The notes under the pieces are model-generated. The model was not told the DNA's origin, did not search any database, and was given only the letters and a program-made list of their open reading frames with translations. Source: a virus (Duplodnaviria; Heunggongvirae; Uroviricota; Caudoviricetes). From it: 64,000 nt of DNA. Location of the stretch: IMG/VR virus record IMGVR_UViG_3300021399_000109, positions 30,710 through 94,709 of that record, one strand, 5' to 3'. Below, piece after piece: positions 43,339 through 55,629 of the stretch. Made by a program: the position numbers and the translations under genes. Numbering within the stretch: position 1 is the first letter of the stretch; each line of letters starts with the position of its first letter.

Positions 43339-44939
43339 TTTAAATAAAATTTATTTATTTTATTTATCCTATCATCTTTGCTTCGTTCCGTAAAAATTCA
43401 AGGGCTTTATTATGCGCTTCTTCTGCTTTTGTTAATGTACATCCATATTCTTTATGTAAAGCCATAATATAATCAGCTTTAGTATATCCTAACTGCACAG
43501 ATGGTAAGGCTTTAATAATTTCTGTACACCATACAGGATACTGTTTAAACGCATCAATTGCCATTTGTTTGCTTATTAACACATCCATTATTTTAATTCC
43601 TTTCCATAAACTTCCTTATGCCAAATTTTCTTAAATCTTTATCATTACATAATACTGTCTCTTTTGGTGTGTGCATATTATATCTATTACAATAGCCCCA
43701 TTCACTATTTACTCGTTTTTTCCACATTTTACAATCTTTACATTTTAATATTTTTGTTTTATCTTCTTGGTATGGCTGATGATGCCGAATCTTAATCCAC
43801 GGAATCAAGCCATGAATGAAATGTGCAAAAAAGTCGTGTAATGCATGGAACGCTACTTTCCAATTTTTAATTAGATGTTGCATATATGTCATTTATTATT
43901 ACCTCACTACTCACTATCTTTCTGATATGCAATAAACCAATCTACTAAATCTTCTGTACATTCATTACAGAACATCCTATCTTGTGCAAAATATTTCCCA
44001 TATGTTTTTTCGGTAGTTATTTTTATAGTATTTTTAAATGGTTTTTTCTGTATTTTTCCGCATCTGTCACATTTATAAAGAATCATTCTTATTTACCTCT
44101 TCTCAAATTCTTTCTGTAATGAGGACAATTAATAGCCCTATATCATTCAAACTTTTACACTTCTTAACTCTTCCAGAGAACACCACTTTCCTTCACGTTT
44201 CCCTGTATGCTCATTATATAAATAAACAAATAATCTATCTGGTTTCTCATTGTCATTTATTGTGTCATTTAGATAATTGTCTTTTTCACCCAAATAAAAC
44301 CCATTTATTACTTTATGCGGTAGTGTGTATAAATTATCCATCTTTCTCTCCATTATCTTTTAATCTTTTGTCCACAATATGGGCAATATTCATAAAATGC
44401 TTTTTTTGGTAATTCTTCTCCACAATAACCACATGGAGTAATTACTCGTCCGTCAATACCCATTTCTGGAGATAATAATTTCATTGGTATCTGTTTTTCC
44501 AATGCTTCAATTGCTATATCTATTGCTTGCACAAAATCATCAAAACTTTTCTTGTCTACACGAGGTGGATTTAACCAACGTAAAATATTAATTGCATTTT
44601 CATTTGTCATCTTTATTTATCTCCTTCCAACTGTAGTAAATAAAATTATAATTTTAATTATTTTTGTTTATTCTCTTTAGTTTTATATCCAAAACAAAAT
44701 CCGAATATAAATGCTACAATTATCCAGACAATTGTGAATATATCAGCCATTCTGTTCACCACCTTCCACTAATTCAAGCATATCAAACGTTTTGGAAATT
44801 AATTCCATTGATACATATTGTAATTCTTCTATCGCTTTGTTTTTTACTTGAGAATCTATGTTTTCTAACACTCCTTGTGCGTATCCTATTTTTCTCTGAC
44901 TGATACTCAAACTATTTATTATATCAATTTGTCTTTCTG

Positions 44940-45140
44940 TCATTCCTGTCCACCTACTCTCCTATTCCATGCTTGAGATGCCAATAACACAGCATCCGAA
45001 TAATTCCCACTGTTATATAACATCGTTCTTGCTCCACATTTTTTATATCTTACTTCTGCTGATGCAGAAAAAAGTATACCACTGAACAAAACTGCTTTTC
45101 CACCACAAAACGGACAAGGTTTTAATTCTACTTTTTCCAT
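44940..45140 (-). CDS. Lar-like restriction alleviation protein
   Basis: LKPCPFCGGKA...AWNRR. Confidence 0.65.
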   Translation of the reverse strand: MEKVELKPCPFCGGKAVLFSGILFSASAEVRYKKCGARTMLYNSGNYSDAVLLASQAWNRRVGGQE

Positions 45141-48100
45141 TTCTACTCACCCTTTCCTATCTTATATTCAAGACAAAATCCAAATACAAATGCTGATATT
45201 TCGCAAATAAGTGTAATCTCGTTAATCATTTTCCATCACCACCTGCCAATGCACCTGCAAATACAATTGCAAGCGCAAGAAACTTCATATCAACAGATAC
45301 ATTTGTTAAATCAACCCAACTTAATACTATTATTGTCCATAAAACCATCGCTATAAGCGCATATAAAAATCTCATTCCCACTTCCATCCTTCCATCTTTC
45401 TTCCACAGTTTGGACAATAACTATATTCTGTGTCACATCGTTTATGACAAGAATTACACTCATATCTATTTTTCCCAAGTTCGTATAAATGTATTATCCA
45501 ATATCCTGTAGGTCTTGTTGAAAATATTTTTTGACAAGTAATACAATCCTTATTAATCATATTCTCTTCCTCTCATATCTGCATCACAATATAGACAAAA
45601 TCGTGCATAATGATATTATTCTTCTGGAATCCATTTCCCCTTTTCCCGTTTTAGTTGTACAGATGACAAACTCTCTTCATCCTTCATCACTTTTCATTTT
45701 TGCTCTAATCGCAGAAACATCTTTTGCTTCTGGCATATAAAAGTATTTTTGATTACACATAAATGCTGTTCTAATAAGCGATACCACATATACCGCATCT
45801 TCCTTACTATTGTACATCCCAATCGGAAAACCTTCGTCATTGCCAACATTGCCGACATATATATGATTACCCATTCTATTATGAACGTAGACAACTGCAC
45901 CATCATAAGGCGTGTCCACCGTCTTGTTCTGTGATATAATTCTCATTTTTATTTACCTCTCTTATTCTATTAATATTAATCCCACAAAACCACTGATAAG
46001 AAATATTAGATGTAAGAAACATATACCAAATGAAGTGCCATCTGTCATATCTTCTACTATGCGCCATGCCCACCAGATTATTAATAATATAAAAAATACT
46101 TTCCACATTTTTACTTTCCTCTTACCCATCTTTTACATCTGTCTACTTCTTCTTCTGTCATCTTCCAATAAAGTTTTTGATAAATTCTTTTTGCATCATG
46201 GTATCCAATGATATATCCTATAACACTTCCTATAATTGGTAAGAAGATAAGTCCCATTATGATAATTTTTGTCATTCTTGTTCTCCTTCCCACGGTTCAA
46301 TTACTAACCCAGTTCGTTTTCTAATTAGCTTTGCTATAGATGGTTTATATTTTTTAACACATACCCCACCATTAAACATATGTACCCAATAGTATTGTTC
46401 CTTTTCGTTAGATTCCATCGCTTTATCCCACTCTGGGTCTATAATTGGTTCAATATGCTTATCATAATATAGACGTTTATCATGAACAATCTTATACATT
46501 ATTCTTTCCTCTTTGCCATTCCACAATAAAATGTTCCCTCATACACTTCTTTAAGATTGAGTGGACACTTACTTTCAGCATCTAATCCTCTTCTGTATAC
46601 TCCATCACTGTCTTTCCAATACTTACAATCCTTACACCGAATTATTTCCGATTGTGCGGATGGCAATGCCATTATCCTGCTGACAATAGTTTTACATTCA
46701 TTGGCTCCATACGTGAATATACTCCCTTTACAAGTAAACGCATCAATTGCACCCTGTCTGCTGATTAAATCATCTGTCATTTCTGCTCTCCTTCTTTTAC
46801 TTCAATCAACGGACACCATTCAGGTCTTTTTTTGCAAATATTATTCAAAGACAGTTTTACCTCTGTCCAGTGTTCATAATCTTTCGCTTCACACATAAAT
46901 ATATCTTCTGATTCATAAAAACAAGGACACTCGTTACAACACGAGGGCATATCTATATCAATTTGAATCATTTCTACTCATCATCCTCTTCTTCATCTTT
47001 ATAAACCGTCAAGATAGTAATATCATCAATATCAGACTCATTAAAATTTCCTTCAGCTTCGTCTGCTGAATCTGCTTCAATATACCCTTCAAAAGTCCCT
47101 TCAACATAATATTTACTCATTCCTGTTTTCCTTTATACGGTTCTACTAAGAAAGGCATCCATGCAATAATGTTAGAATAAAACCATGCTAAATGTCCTGC
47201 ATCAATACATTTTCTAATACCTATAAATCCATCTTTAGTCGCAACAAGCACTCTCTGTCCAACTTCAGGTAATCTCTCTGTTACAAGTATCCATCGTTGT
47301 TCTTCTAATGCTTTAATTGCCATACTTATAGCTTCATTTTTCTTTTCAGAAGCATTAAAACTATAGCATTGTATAAGTTCATTAATTGCTTCGTTAACTG
47401 TCATTTTTGCTCTCCTTCTTCCATCTTTACTCCACAGTTAGGGCAGAATTTAGGATATTCCGCCAGAAATATATAGTCAGTCGAATATACATATTCGCTA
47501 AAATCTTTTCCGCATTTACTACATTTTATTTCTAACTCTGAATCACTTGGTATCCACTGTCCCGTTTTGTGTTTTGATTGTATGGATGGCAGTTTTTTCA
47601 AAGCTTCTTCTGCAACATTATATCCAGCTGATGGCGGTACGAAGAATCTGTCCATAACCTCTTCGCATACCGCTTCAATTGCCGCATCTGCATCAATCAA
47701 TCTCATTTTCTCTCCTCACTTCTTCTTGTTATTCCAACACGGTAACTGCACCATTGCCATTTTCATTGCAACCTGAATTGTCTCGCACCAGTTTTTAAGA
47801 TTATCTGATTCAATCTGGCTACATATTTCAGCAGGATTAATATCAAAAATCAGGTTGTTTAACTCTTTTAATGCTTCATCTGTCTTGGGTGGAAACCAAC
47901 ATTTCTGTTCCAATTCCTGTCTAATGATTTCTTCATTGTCCATGCCATCCACAACAAGACGTTTTGTAACCTTTACGGCATCCTCAAGTGTTAACATTAA
48001 CATGTTTCTTACTCCTTTCTGTCCAATGCGTATTCAGTTTATCCATGATACGGTTATATTCTCCATCTGTCAATACATTGTCAATCCACATCCTCAACAT

Positions 48101-49404
48101 AGCGTTCGCACACTCAGAATATCCAATCTCATGCGGCTCTGACTGTATAGTTGGGGCATTATCTATCCAATCAATAAATTGATTTAGTACCGTTTCCATT
48201 CTTGCAGTTACTTTCATTTTCCATGATTTCGTTGCGACTCTTTGCGCTTTACGTTTTAGCGCATCTGCATCAATTAGTCTCATCTTTATCGCCTTTCATA
48301 TCTGCACCGCAATTCATACAATAATTGTAATCAACTTCAGACCCCATACCACACTCTGAACATTCATACCCACATTCGCCATCTGTCTCCCATTTTAAGT
48401 GATAAATCCAATATCCTTTTTTCTGTTCTGACTGTATGAATGACAACTGCTCAATTCGTCTAACTGCTTCTTCCACACTAATGTATACTGCTCGTCCGTT
48501 TCCGTATTCAGTTAACGCATTAATCACTTGCTGTCTGCTAATCAAATCATCCATTCTCTTTCATCCTCGCATTAGAGCAATAATCATAATCTTTTCCAAT
48601 ATGGTCGCCATGCGCTTCACAGTATTTTATTCCACTCCATGATTCCGTTTGATATATACAATCCTTACACCGCACTACAGACTGAACGTCTGCGGAAAGC
48701 AGTTCGCTCAATTCCTTTTGTATAGATACATTCCTACCATCCTGTCTCCTTTCTGCCCAATGTGCATTTAATTTATCTATAATGTGTCTATATTCTTCAT
48801 CTGTCAGCATATTGTTAATCCACATTAACATGGCATTCGCACATTCAGAATATCCGATTTTATACTGTTCTGATTGTACAGATGGCATAGTATTTAACAT
48901 TCCAACAATTGCATATTCATCACAATAACAATCGCCCATTGAAAATAATTCTTTAATTTCTTCAATTACCTGTTGTCTACTAATTAAGTCTTTATCCATT
49001 GCTATCTCCTTTATATGGTTCTGGGCAAGGTTTCCATGCAATAGGTTTTGCATTATTAAATATTACTTTCATTCTATATTCATCGGTATGACTTAATTTA
49101 CCATTTTGAAAACTAATATGGTCTACAAATCGTTGCCCATCTGGGGCTTCAAATGTTACATAAACTTCATCAGAAATTGTTGTTCCAAATTGTTTCGTCC
49201 CAATCCATTCACGTTCTTCTGGCATACGCTTACTACATAAAATCCATTCTGGTTCTGGAACAATAGTGGGAGTTTCATCAATTTCCATAATCATACTTAC
49301 ACAAATATCTGTTTCAAATGGAAATTCCTTTTCTTCTTTGCCACACGGGTCAGATGGCATCCATTTAAGTACATTTTTTCTTAATTCATCTGCATCTATT
49401 AGTC

Positions 49405-49692
49405 TCATTTCTTCTCACCTACTCTTCTATTCCATACTTCAATTGCTCTTTTCCATGCCCCTCTTATTGCTTCGTATTCCTGATTTGGTTCAAGTTCTTT
49501 TCCGCTTTCGTAAATACCAGAACCTCGGCTATAACAAATTTTACACCTAACATGCCAATACTTCCCAAGAAATTTATTTTCAAAAGCAGAGCATATTTCT
49601 GCTTCTCCACCGCAGAATGGACACGGTTTTAATTCTATTTTTCCCATTCTTATTCTCCTTTTTTTTAATATGACTCTGGCAATGGCATCCAT
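49405..49692 (-). CDS. Lar-like restriction alleviation protein
   Basis: LKPCPFCGGEA...CKIC...VWNRR. Confidence 0.7.
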   Translation of the reverse strand: MDAIARVILKKRRIRMGKIELKPCPFCGGEAEICSAFENKFLGKYWHVRCKICYSRGSGIYESGKELEPNQEYEAIRGAWKRAIEVWNRRVGEKK

Positions 49693-51064
49693 GCCACAAC
49701 TTTTCCGTCTGTCTTTAAATCATTTGTTGTTGACCATTCTTTTGTGGATTTGTAATAATATCCAATCCCCATTGTTCCGTTTTCAGTAAAATACCATACC
49801 GCACCGTCAAGACATTCTATGCAAGATTTATAATCGTTTTCTTCGGGCAATCTTTCTGTCACTGGAATCCACCGCTGTTTTCCTAATGCTTCAATTGCTA
49901 TACTTATAGCTTTATTTTTCTTTTCAGCAGTTTTAGAATTAAAACTATAACATTGTGTAAGTTCATTGATTGCTTCATCAATTGTCATTCCATCACCGCT
50001 TTCCATCTTTTCCCCACAATGAGGGCAGTATGGTGTATTGTTCCACGGTTCTACACTATACCCACATTTAGAACAGTAATTATTAGTCCAAACACCCTTC
50101 TTCCATGATTCAATGGTAGGGGCTTTTAAAATTGTGTCAAATACCGCTTCTACTGAAACAAACCATCTTATTCCTGCATTGGGTAATTTTCTTATTTTTT
50201 CTATCAGTGCATCCGCATCAATTAAGCGCATTCTCTTCACCTCTCAAATCTGCTCCACAATGGGGACAAAATGATAATGTATGTATATCTTTTTCATACC
50301 ACGGCTGAAATCCACAAAACGGACAACTTGCATCCTTTGTCCAAGTACCTTTCTTGCGTTCTGAATATGAGTAGGGTAAATTATTAATTAGTAATATAAG
50401 GTCATAATTATATTTTATATAATTATTTATATGTTCTTGATATTCATCAAAATCTAAATTTAAATCTGATATTTTAGAAACCTGTTCTATCCAATAATCT
50501 TTTATTAATAGGCAATCTCCATTTTCATCTTTAAGTCTACATTCACGACAATTATCTGGTTTATGATACATATTTGTTAATACAACCATTTTTATCTCCT
50601 CTTATTCTTCTATTACATCCCAAAATCCTGCAACATTATTCGCTACCCAATCACAAGCTATGTCATTTAATTCATCTTCAGAAATATCATCTGGTAGTTC
50701 AATAACATCACTTTCAATACCATCTGGATAAAATACTACTTTCATTTTTTCTCTCCTTTTTTAATTTCATCCGTTGTTATTTTTCCGTAATGAATAATAC
50801 TACTAATCATCCAATCATAACCACAAAATCCTTTAGATTTCTTTTCAAATTTCTTAGCTTCTTTATATGGCATATGTTTTACAGTAATACAAGCTGTCCA
50901 ACCATCATCAAAATCATAAATAAAATCTTTACCCCAATATTCTTTTGGAACATCACAATCTCTTTGACATTTAATATGTAATTCTTTTTCCTGCGACCAT
51001 CTGTTATTCCATGAACCTACATTTGGCATTGTCAGTTCAAAAACAATCATCTTTATTCTCCTTT

Positions 51065-51094
51065 ATTATAGCATGTTTTTATTTCTTTTGTCAA
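51065..51094 (-). promoter_or_regulatory. Sigma-A-type promoter
   Basis: TTGACA-18-TATAAT with TG extension. Confidence 0.65.
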
Positions 51095-51591
51095 GAGGTA
51101 TAATAATGATTTTTTACATAATCTACTATTCCTTCTAACGTCCATTCTAGACAATCGGACGTTTCTTCATCTATAGCTTCTGTATAGTATTTATTATATT
51201 TATAAGTAAAAAGTTTTCCGACTTCCATTTGAATCCATGGATGAATTTTAGATACTTTATCTTCTTGAATAAAACCAATAATAGGTTTATGTAATTCATA
51301 AGCTAACATAAGTTCCTGTGCTGTACCCACACTATTTAGTTTATCTAAATTTACAATAATTATATCTGCTGTTCTAACATGATATAAATTATACATCATA
51401 GCTTCTTTTTCAAGTGTATCAGATGTTTCTTCATTCGGATTAAAATGACGCATTTGATTTACAGTTATATTATTATTTAAACCAAAGACACCATGAAATC
51501 GACTTTGTAAACAATCTCTCCATTTTTTACATTCTTTAGTATCTAAACCTGTAATACCACCAGATAAAAATATTTTAAAACTATTAAGCAT
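51091..51591 (-). CDS. Nucleoside 2-deoxyribosyltransferase-like protein
   Basis: IFLSGGI...WR...ADIIIVNL...SVGTAQEL..AY..HKPII. Confidence 0.75.
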   Translation of the reverse strand: MLNSFKIFLSGGITGLDTKECKKWRDCLQSRFHGVFGLNNNITVNQMRHFNPNEETSDTLEKEAMMYNLYHVRTADIIIVNLDKLNSVGTAQELMLAYELHKPIIGFIQEDKVSKIHPWIQMEVGKLFTYKYNKYYTEAIDEETSDCLEWTLEGIVDYVKNHYYTS

Positions 51592-52085
51592 TTGTTACTC
51601 CTTTATTATTCTTTTATTATTTCAATTGGACATTCTGAATAAGCTTCATGTAATACACAATATATTTTATCGCCAAATTCAAGATAACCATCTCCTTCAT
51701 CTATTTCATAATATTCTGTATAAGAAAATGGGCAATCATAACAACATCCTTTTTCAAAATCATCTGGGACTGTTTCTGTTAGTCTGACCTTCATTATATT
51801 TATCCCCTTTATATTTATTACATTTAATAATATCTGCATCAAATGTTATTTCTACGTCTTTACGACTAGCAGGACAATTAACATGTGTACATGTATCACA
51901 TAAATTCATAATAACTCCTTTTATTGATATATCTCAATCTCATTACCATCTTTATCATATTCAGTTACACATTCAATATATATATTTCGTCTCCGCTAGA
52001 TAAACCATCATTATCAAAAATATCCATAGCTTCATTATAAGAATTAGCTTTAACCTTTGCAACAAAAGTTCCTTCTATTTCATAA

Positions 52086-52430
52086 TTATTCATTGTTTAA
52101 TCTTCCTCCCCATTGTATTGACCTTGTATTCCATTTATCAATAACTTTTAACATAACTTCTTCTACTTCAGAAAAGTGACAAATGTCAGGTGAAGTAATA
52201 ACTAAATGTGCAATTTTTGCCACATACCTACAATCAGGACAATAAACTGAAAAACTTATTTGGTCTTTATTGCCACCCATTTGTGTAACTTCTACTTTTG
52301 TTGTAGGTGATTGTCCGCAAAAAGGACAGGGTTCTAATGTTTTTTCTTTTTCAGCTATCATACTCTTCCTCCTCTTCGTCCTCTTCCCAATCCCAATCTT
52401 CTTCTCTTTCAAGGTCTGTATTTTTATCAT
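52086..52430 (-). CDS. Lar-like Zn protein
   Basis: LEPCPFCGQ...YCPDC...KWNTR. Confidence 0.6.
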   Translation of the reverse strand: MIKIQTLKEKKIGIGKRTKRRKSMIAEKEKTLEPCPFCGQSPTTKVEVTQMGGNKDQISFSVYCPDCRYVAKIAHLVITSPDICHFSEVEEVMLKVIDKWNTRSIQWGGRLNNE

Positions 52431-52602
52431 AAGAAGATAAAAGTTCCCCTGTACCCTCTACCCATCCTTCAATCCAATCAACAAAGAATTGGTCTGCATC
52501 TTCAATTACGATTCTACCATTTGTAGTTTCGTATACAGAATCTGTTTCTAAATCATATACATTTAATGTAACTACCATTTCTACAGTACCATTTACAATC
52601 AT
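52351..52602 (-). CDS. Highly acidic small protein
   Basis: 83 aa ending EEDWDWEEDEEEEEYDS. Confidence 0.65.
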   Translation of the reverse strand: MIVNGTVEMVVTLNVYDLETDSVYETTNGRIVIEDADQFFVDWIEGWVEGTGELLSSYDKNTDLEREEDWDWEEDEEEEEYDS

Positions 52603-52626
52603 TTTTCTTCTCCTTTTATTTTTATA

Positions 52627-52866
52627 TTATTCTTCTTCGTCTTCATCTTTATCTCTAATACTGAATATCTGTCCAGTACCATCTCTAAATATTGTAATAT
52701 CTAAAGCATTAACAGGAGGTTTAGGTGCATGTCCCATACGAAAGGGGTATAATGCGCAAGTAGTAACTGCACATTCTTTTATTTCACTTGTTTGTCCACA
52801 TGCACATTGTAAACATTTAGCCCTTATAGCTTTCATAGCTGTTAATTTTTTGAAAGGTTTATTCAT
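52627..52866 (-). CDS. Cys-rich small protein
   Basis: KAIRAKCLQCACG...C....CALYPFRMG. Confidence 0.65.
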   Translation of the reverse strand: MNKPFKKLTAMKAIRAKCLQCACGQTSEIKECAVTTCALYPFRMGHAPKPPVNALDITIFRDGTGQIFSIRDKDEDEEE

Positions 52867-53785
52867 ACTTTCTCCTTATAAAATAATATCTTTTTATTTT
52901 ATTATATCTATCTAAACATTCTTCTAACCATTTTGTTACATTTTGAGGATGTGCGCATCTTTTCCCCCAATATATACAAGCAGATAGGAAATCTTTATTA
53001 AATAATGGGTCATCTTCTTCATTAGAATAAATACAATTTACTATTCGTCCTGTCTCAGTAGTATAATTTATATATACTGTATTTTTATCAGAATCAAATA
53101 CAGGATTCATATCTTCTTTGCCACCTGCCATAAAACAAACCATTAAAATAGAATAATTATAAACATTATTAATTAAAATACTATTGTCAACAGGTTTGCC
53201 AATAAAAAAATTATGGTAATTTTTTTTATTATCGTAAAAATTTATAATTTCGTTATTTCTTATAGTAAGAACAGAACCGTCAGAATATCTATATATATAA
53301 TCTATATATTCACATGTATTTATATAATTTATATATGAATTATTAAGTTTATATTCACCTTCTAATGATAAACATACAGGTAGTTTTATTTCTTCTTGTA
53401 TAATATACATATTTCCACGAAGAATATGTTTTTTAAAACTATCCTCACAAATTGTATAATATTCATATGGATTTGATTCTTTATAAATAATTTTTACTTC
53501 TCTTTCTTTATCCCAATAACTCTTATAAATATTAGATACAATTTTCATTTTACTATCAAAAGAATTAGAAGAACAACAAAGTGCTTGAGATTTTATTTCA
53601 TATGTCTCACTATTTGGATTTTTTAAAAAGGCTTTAAGGATTTCTTTAACAGTTGTATCTGCTATTGGTTCAAAAGGATTTGATATTTTATCTAATCTTT
53701 TACTTATTTTTATAGCTGTCATTTTTGAAATTTCTTCAATATCTTTACTAAACATTATACCTTGGTAATATTTTTTATTAGGCAT
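52859..53785 (-). CDS. Hypothetical protein
   Basis: 308 aa ORF with RBS; no motif recognised. Confidence 0.6.
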   Translation of the reverse strand: MPNKKYYQGIMFSKDIEEISKMTAIKISKRLDKISNPFEPIADTTVKEILKAFLKNPNSETYEIKSQALCCSSNSFDSKMKIVSNIYKSYWDKEREVKIIYKESNPYEYYTICEDSFKKHILRGNMYIIQEEIKLPVCLSLEGEYKLNNSYINYINTCEYIDYIYRYSDGSVLTIRNNEIINFYDNKKNYHNFFIGKPVDNSILINNVYNYSILMVCFMAGGKEDMNPVFDSDKNTVYINYTTETGRIVNCIYSNEEDDPLFNKDFLSACIYWGKRCAHPQNVTKWLEECLDRYNKIKRYYFIRRKYE

Positions 53786-53991
53786 TATTACTCCTTAACT
53801 TTCAATTATATTAATACATTTATCAACTATTTCCCAACATAAATCTGGTAGTGTATCCATAAATATTAAATATAAATCATTAGTTGGTTTAATATCATTC
53901 TCTCTTAACCAATTGTCTACTGCTTCTTCTATTGCTTCTTCCAGTCCTGATGATGGACTATATAATAAATCATTAATATTTTCTTGCATTT

Positions 53992-54192
53992 TTATACCTC
54001 TATCTTATATCTTCTAAATATATCATTAATAGTACATATACTAATATTTTTACTATTAATTGGAATTGAAACTGTACTGGTATCTTTTTTATAAATAACA
54101 TGACTTCCAGAAGTACGAATCTGTTTATAGCCATTATTTTTCATAATTTGTTTTATTTCTCTCTTATTATAATATTTCATTTTTCTTTCCAA
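53992..54192 (-). CDS. hicA: HicA-family mRNA interferase
   Basis: EIKQIMKNNGY..IRTSGSHVIYKK...VSIP (dsRBD-like, GSH catalytic His). Confidence 0.8.
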   Translation of the reverse strand: MERKMKYYNKREIKQIMKNNGYKQIRTSGSHVIYKKDTSTVSIPINSKNISICTINDIFRRYKIEV

Positions 54193-54875
54193 CTTTCTAT
54201 GTCCTTTAATTTAACTCCATAGAATCTGTGCATTCCATCATGAATAAAATATTTAGTAATTATCTTTCCATTATTTAATTTAAGGATATAATACCCGTCT
54301 TTTTTAGGAAGTTGAGAAATTGGATTCCATTCATTATTCATCTGTTTCTCTCTCCTTAATTTTATTTAATTTATCTTTTTTCTTATTAATAAGATGTCCA
54401 TGTGGTCTTGCTTCATATTTATCACAATGCTGACAATATCCTTTATAAGAAGCTTCACGATTTTTTAAACAAGGGTCAAGTGCAGATACATAATACTTAC
54501 AAGGGACTTCTCTAAATTTAGCCATAATTTTTCCTCCAATTATTTAAATCTAATTCAGCATACTGCTTCGTAAATTTTTTCTTTAGGGTTTTTTTAAGTT
54601 TTTTAATTAGGGTTCTCATTAGTTGCTCCTTCCTTATTTAAGGTTTCATTAATTTTTATTATTTTATATTTAATTATATTAAATTTTTCTGGAAGTGTAA
54701 ACATATAACCAGACATAATAAAGATGTTAAATAGGTTATTAAGTTTCTGGTAGTCTAATAAGTTCATTCTTTTTTTAAATTCTATATTAGTTAAGAATCT
54801 GACATCTGAACCTTTATATTTTAAATTATGTTTATTATACATAAGTACCCCCTTTCTTTAAATATTACCATTTTT

Positions 54876-54904
54876 ATTATAACCTATAGAATTAGATTTG
54901 TCAA
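54876..54904 (-). promoter_or_regulatory. Consensus sigma-A promoter
   Basis: TTGACA-17-TATAAT. Confidence 0.8.
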
Positions 54905-54948
54905 TAGGGAATATAGGGATTTAAAACTATCCCCCTACTTTATTTTAT

Positions 54949-55290
54949 TTAAATACATCCACCACAAGAACCATATCTAAAGTCTTCTGAATTAATAGCA
55001 TAATAAATTTCTTCTTTAATATATTTATCTTCTGTAATTGTATTAAGCCAATAATCATTTTCTTCAATCCATTCTGAACAGGATAAACCGTCACTATAAG
55101 AAGACCATTCTACGTCCCAATCTGCATCAAATCTCCATTTATAATAAGAATTATAAGTGTTCATGGGATGATTTCTTAAATCCGTAGGAATTTTATCTGA
55201 TACATCTTTATTGTTTATAATTAGTGTCCAGTGGCCTGAACAGACATTTGGATATTTACCACTCCATTTTGCTTCTACTTTTGTATTCAT
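54949..55290 (-). CDS. Hypothetical protein ending CGGCI
   Basis: 113 aa ORF with RBS. Confidence 0.6.
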   Translation of the reverse strand: MNTKVEAKWSGKYPNVCSGHWTLIINNKDVSDKIPTDLRNHPMNTYNSYYKWRFDADWDVEWSSYSDGLSCSEWIEENDYWLNTITEDKYIKEEIYYAINSEDFRYGSCGGCI

Positions 55291-55305
55291 TGTTTATCTC
55301 CTTTT

Positions 55306-55629
55306 TTATTTTAAATTATAATAAGTATCATAGTTATCTGGTTCAAAGGCTATCTCTTCATTTTCAGTTATAATTGAATCTTCATATTTTTTCACAAGTG
55401 ATTCTTCATATAATATATCTGCTATATCTTGTAATAAACAGTAGCCATCACATTCTTCTCCATCATATTTTACTGTTTCAGTTAATATGTCTAAAACATA
55501 ATGGGAATCTATTTGTTTATGAAGTAAATTAAAACATACTTTTAATAAGTAAGTTTTCCGACTTTCTACTGTAGAGTATTCAGGATTAATATTATTTGAA
55601 TTATTATAAATTACGTTCATTTTAATCAA
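55306..55629 (-). CDS. Hypothetical protein, first gene of the leftward arm
   Basis: 107 aa ORF with AGGAG RBS. Confidence 0.55.
   Translation of the reverse strand: MIKMNVIYNNSNNINPEYSTVESRKTYLLKVCFNLLHKQIDSHYVLDILTETVKYDGEECDGYCLLQDIADILYEESLVKKYEDSIITENEEIAFEPDNYDTYYNLK

Larger units (their letters stand above)
43364..50589 (-). other. Dense array of about 25 short, coupled ORFs built from shuffled modules (RLIDADA, DLISRQ, WIPVTERLPE/DUF551-like, Zn ribbons, Lar-like)
   Basis: Minus-strand ORF-track entries overlap start-to-stop, each behind an RBS, and share recurring N- and C-terminal modules (see findings). Confidence 0.8.

Noticed and set aside
51921-52093. Possible phase-variable frameshift at the (AT)5 tract 51976-51985 (removing one unit would extend the ORF to 51921)
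   Set aside because: The short in-frame ending DEIYILNV aligns with its paralogue's DDITILTV, so the current frame may be genuine; cannot be resolved without reads.
454-55000. Numerous plus-strand ORF-track entries (e.g. 5663-6208, 16246-16740, 16565-16807)
   Set aside because: Antisense shadows of well-supported minus-strand genes, without RBS or motifs.
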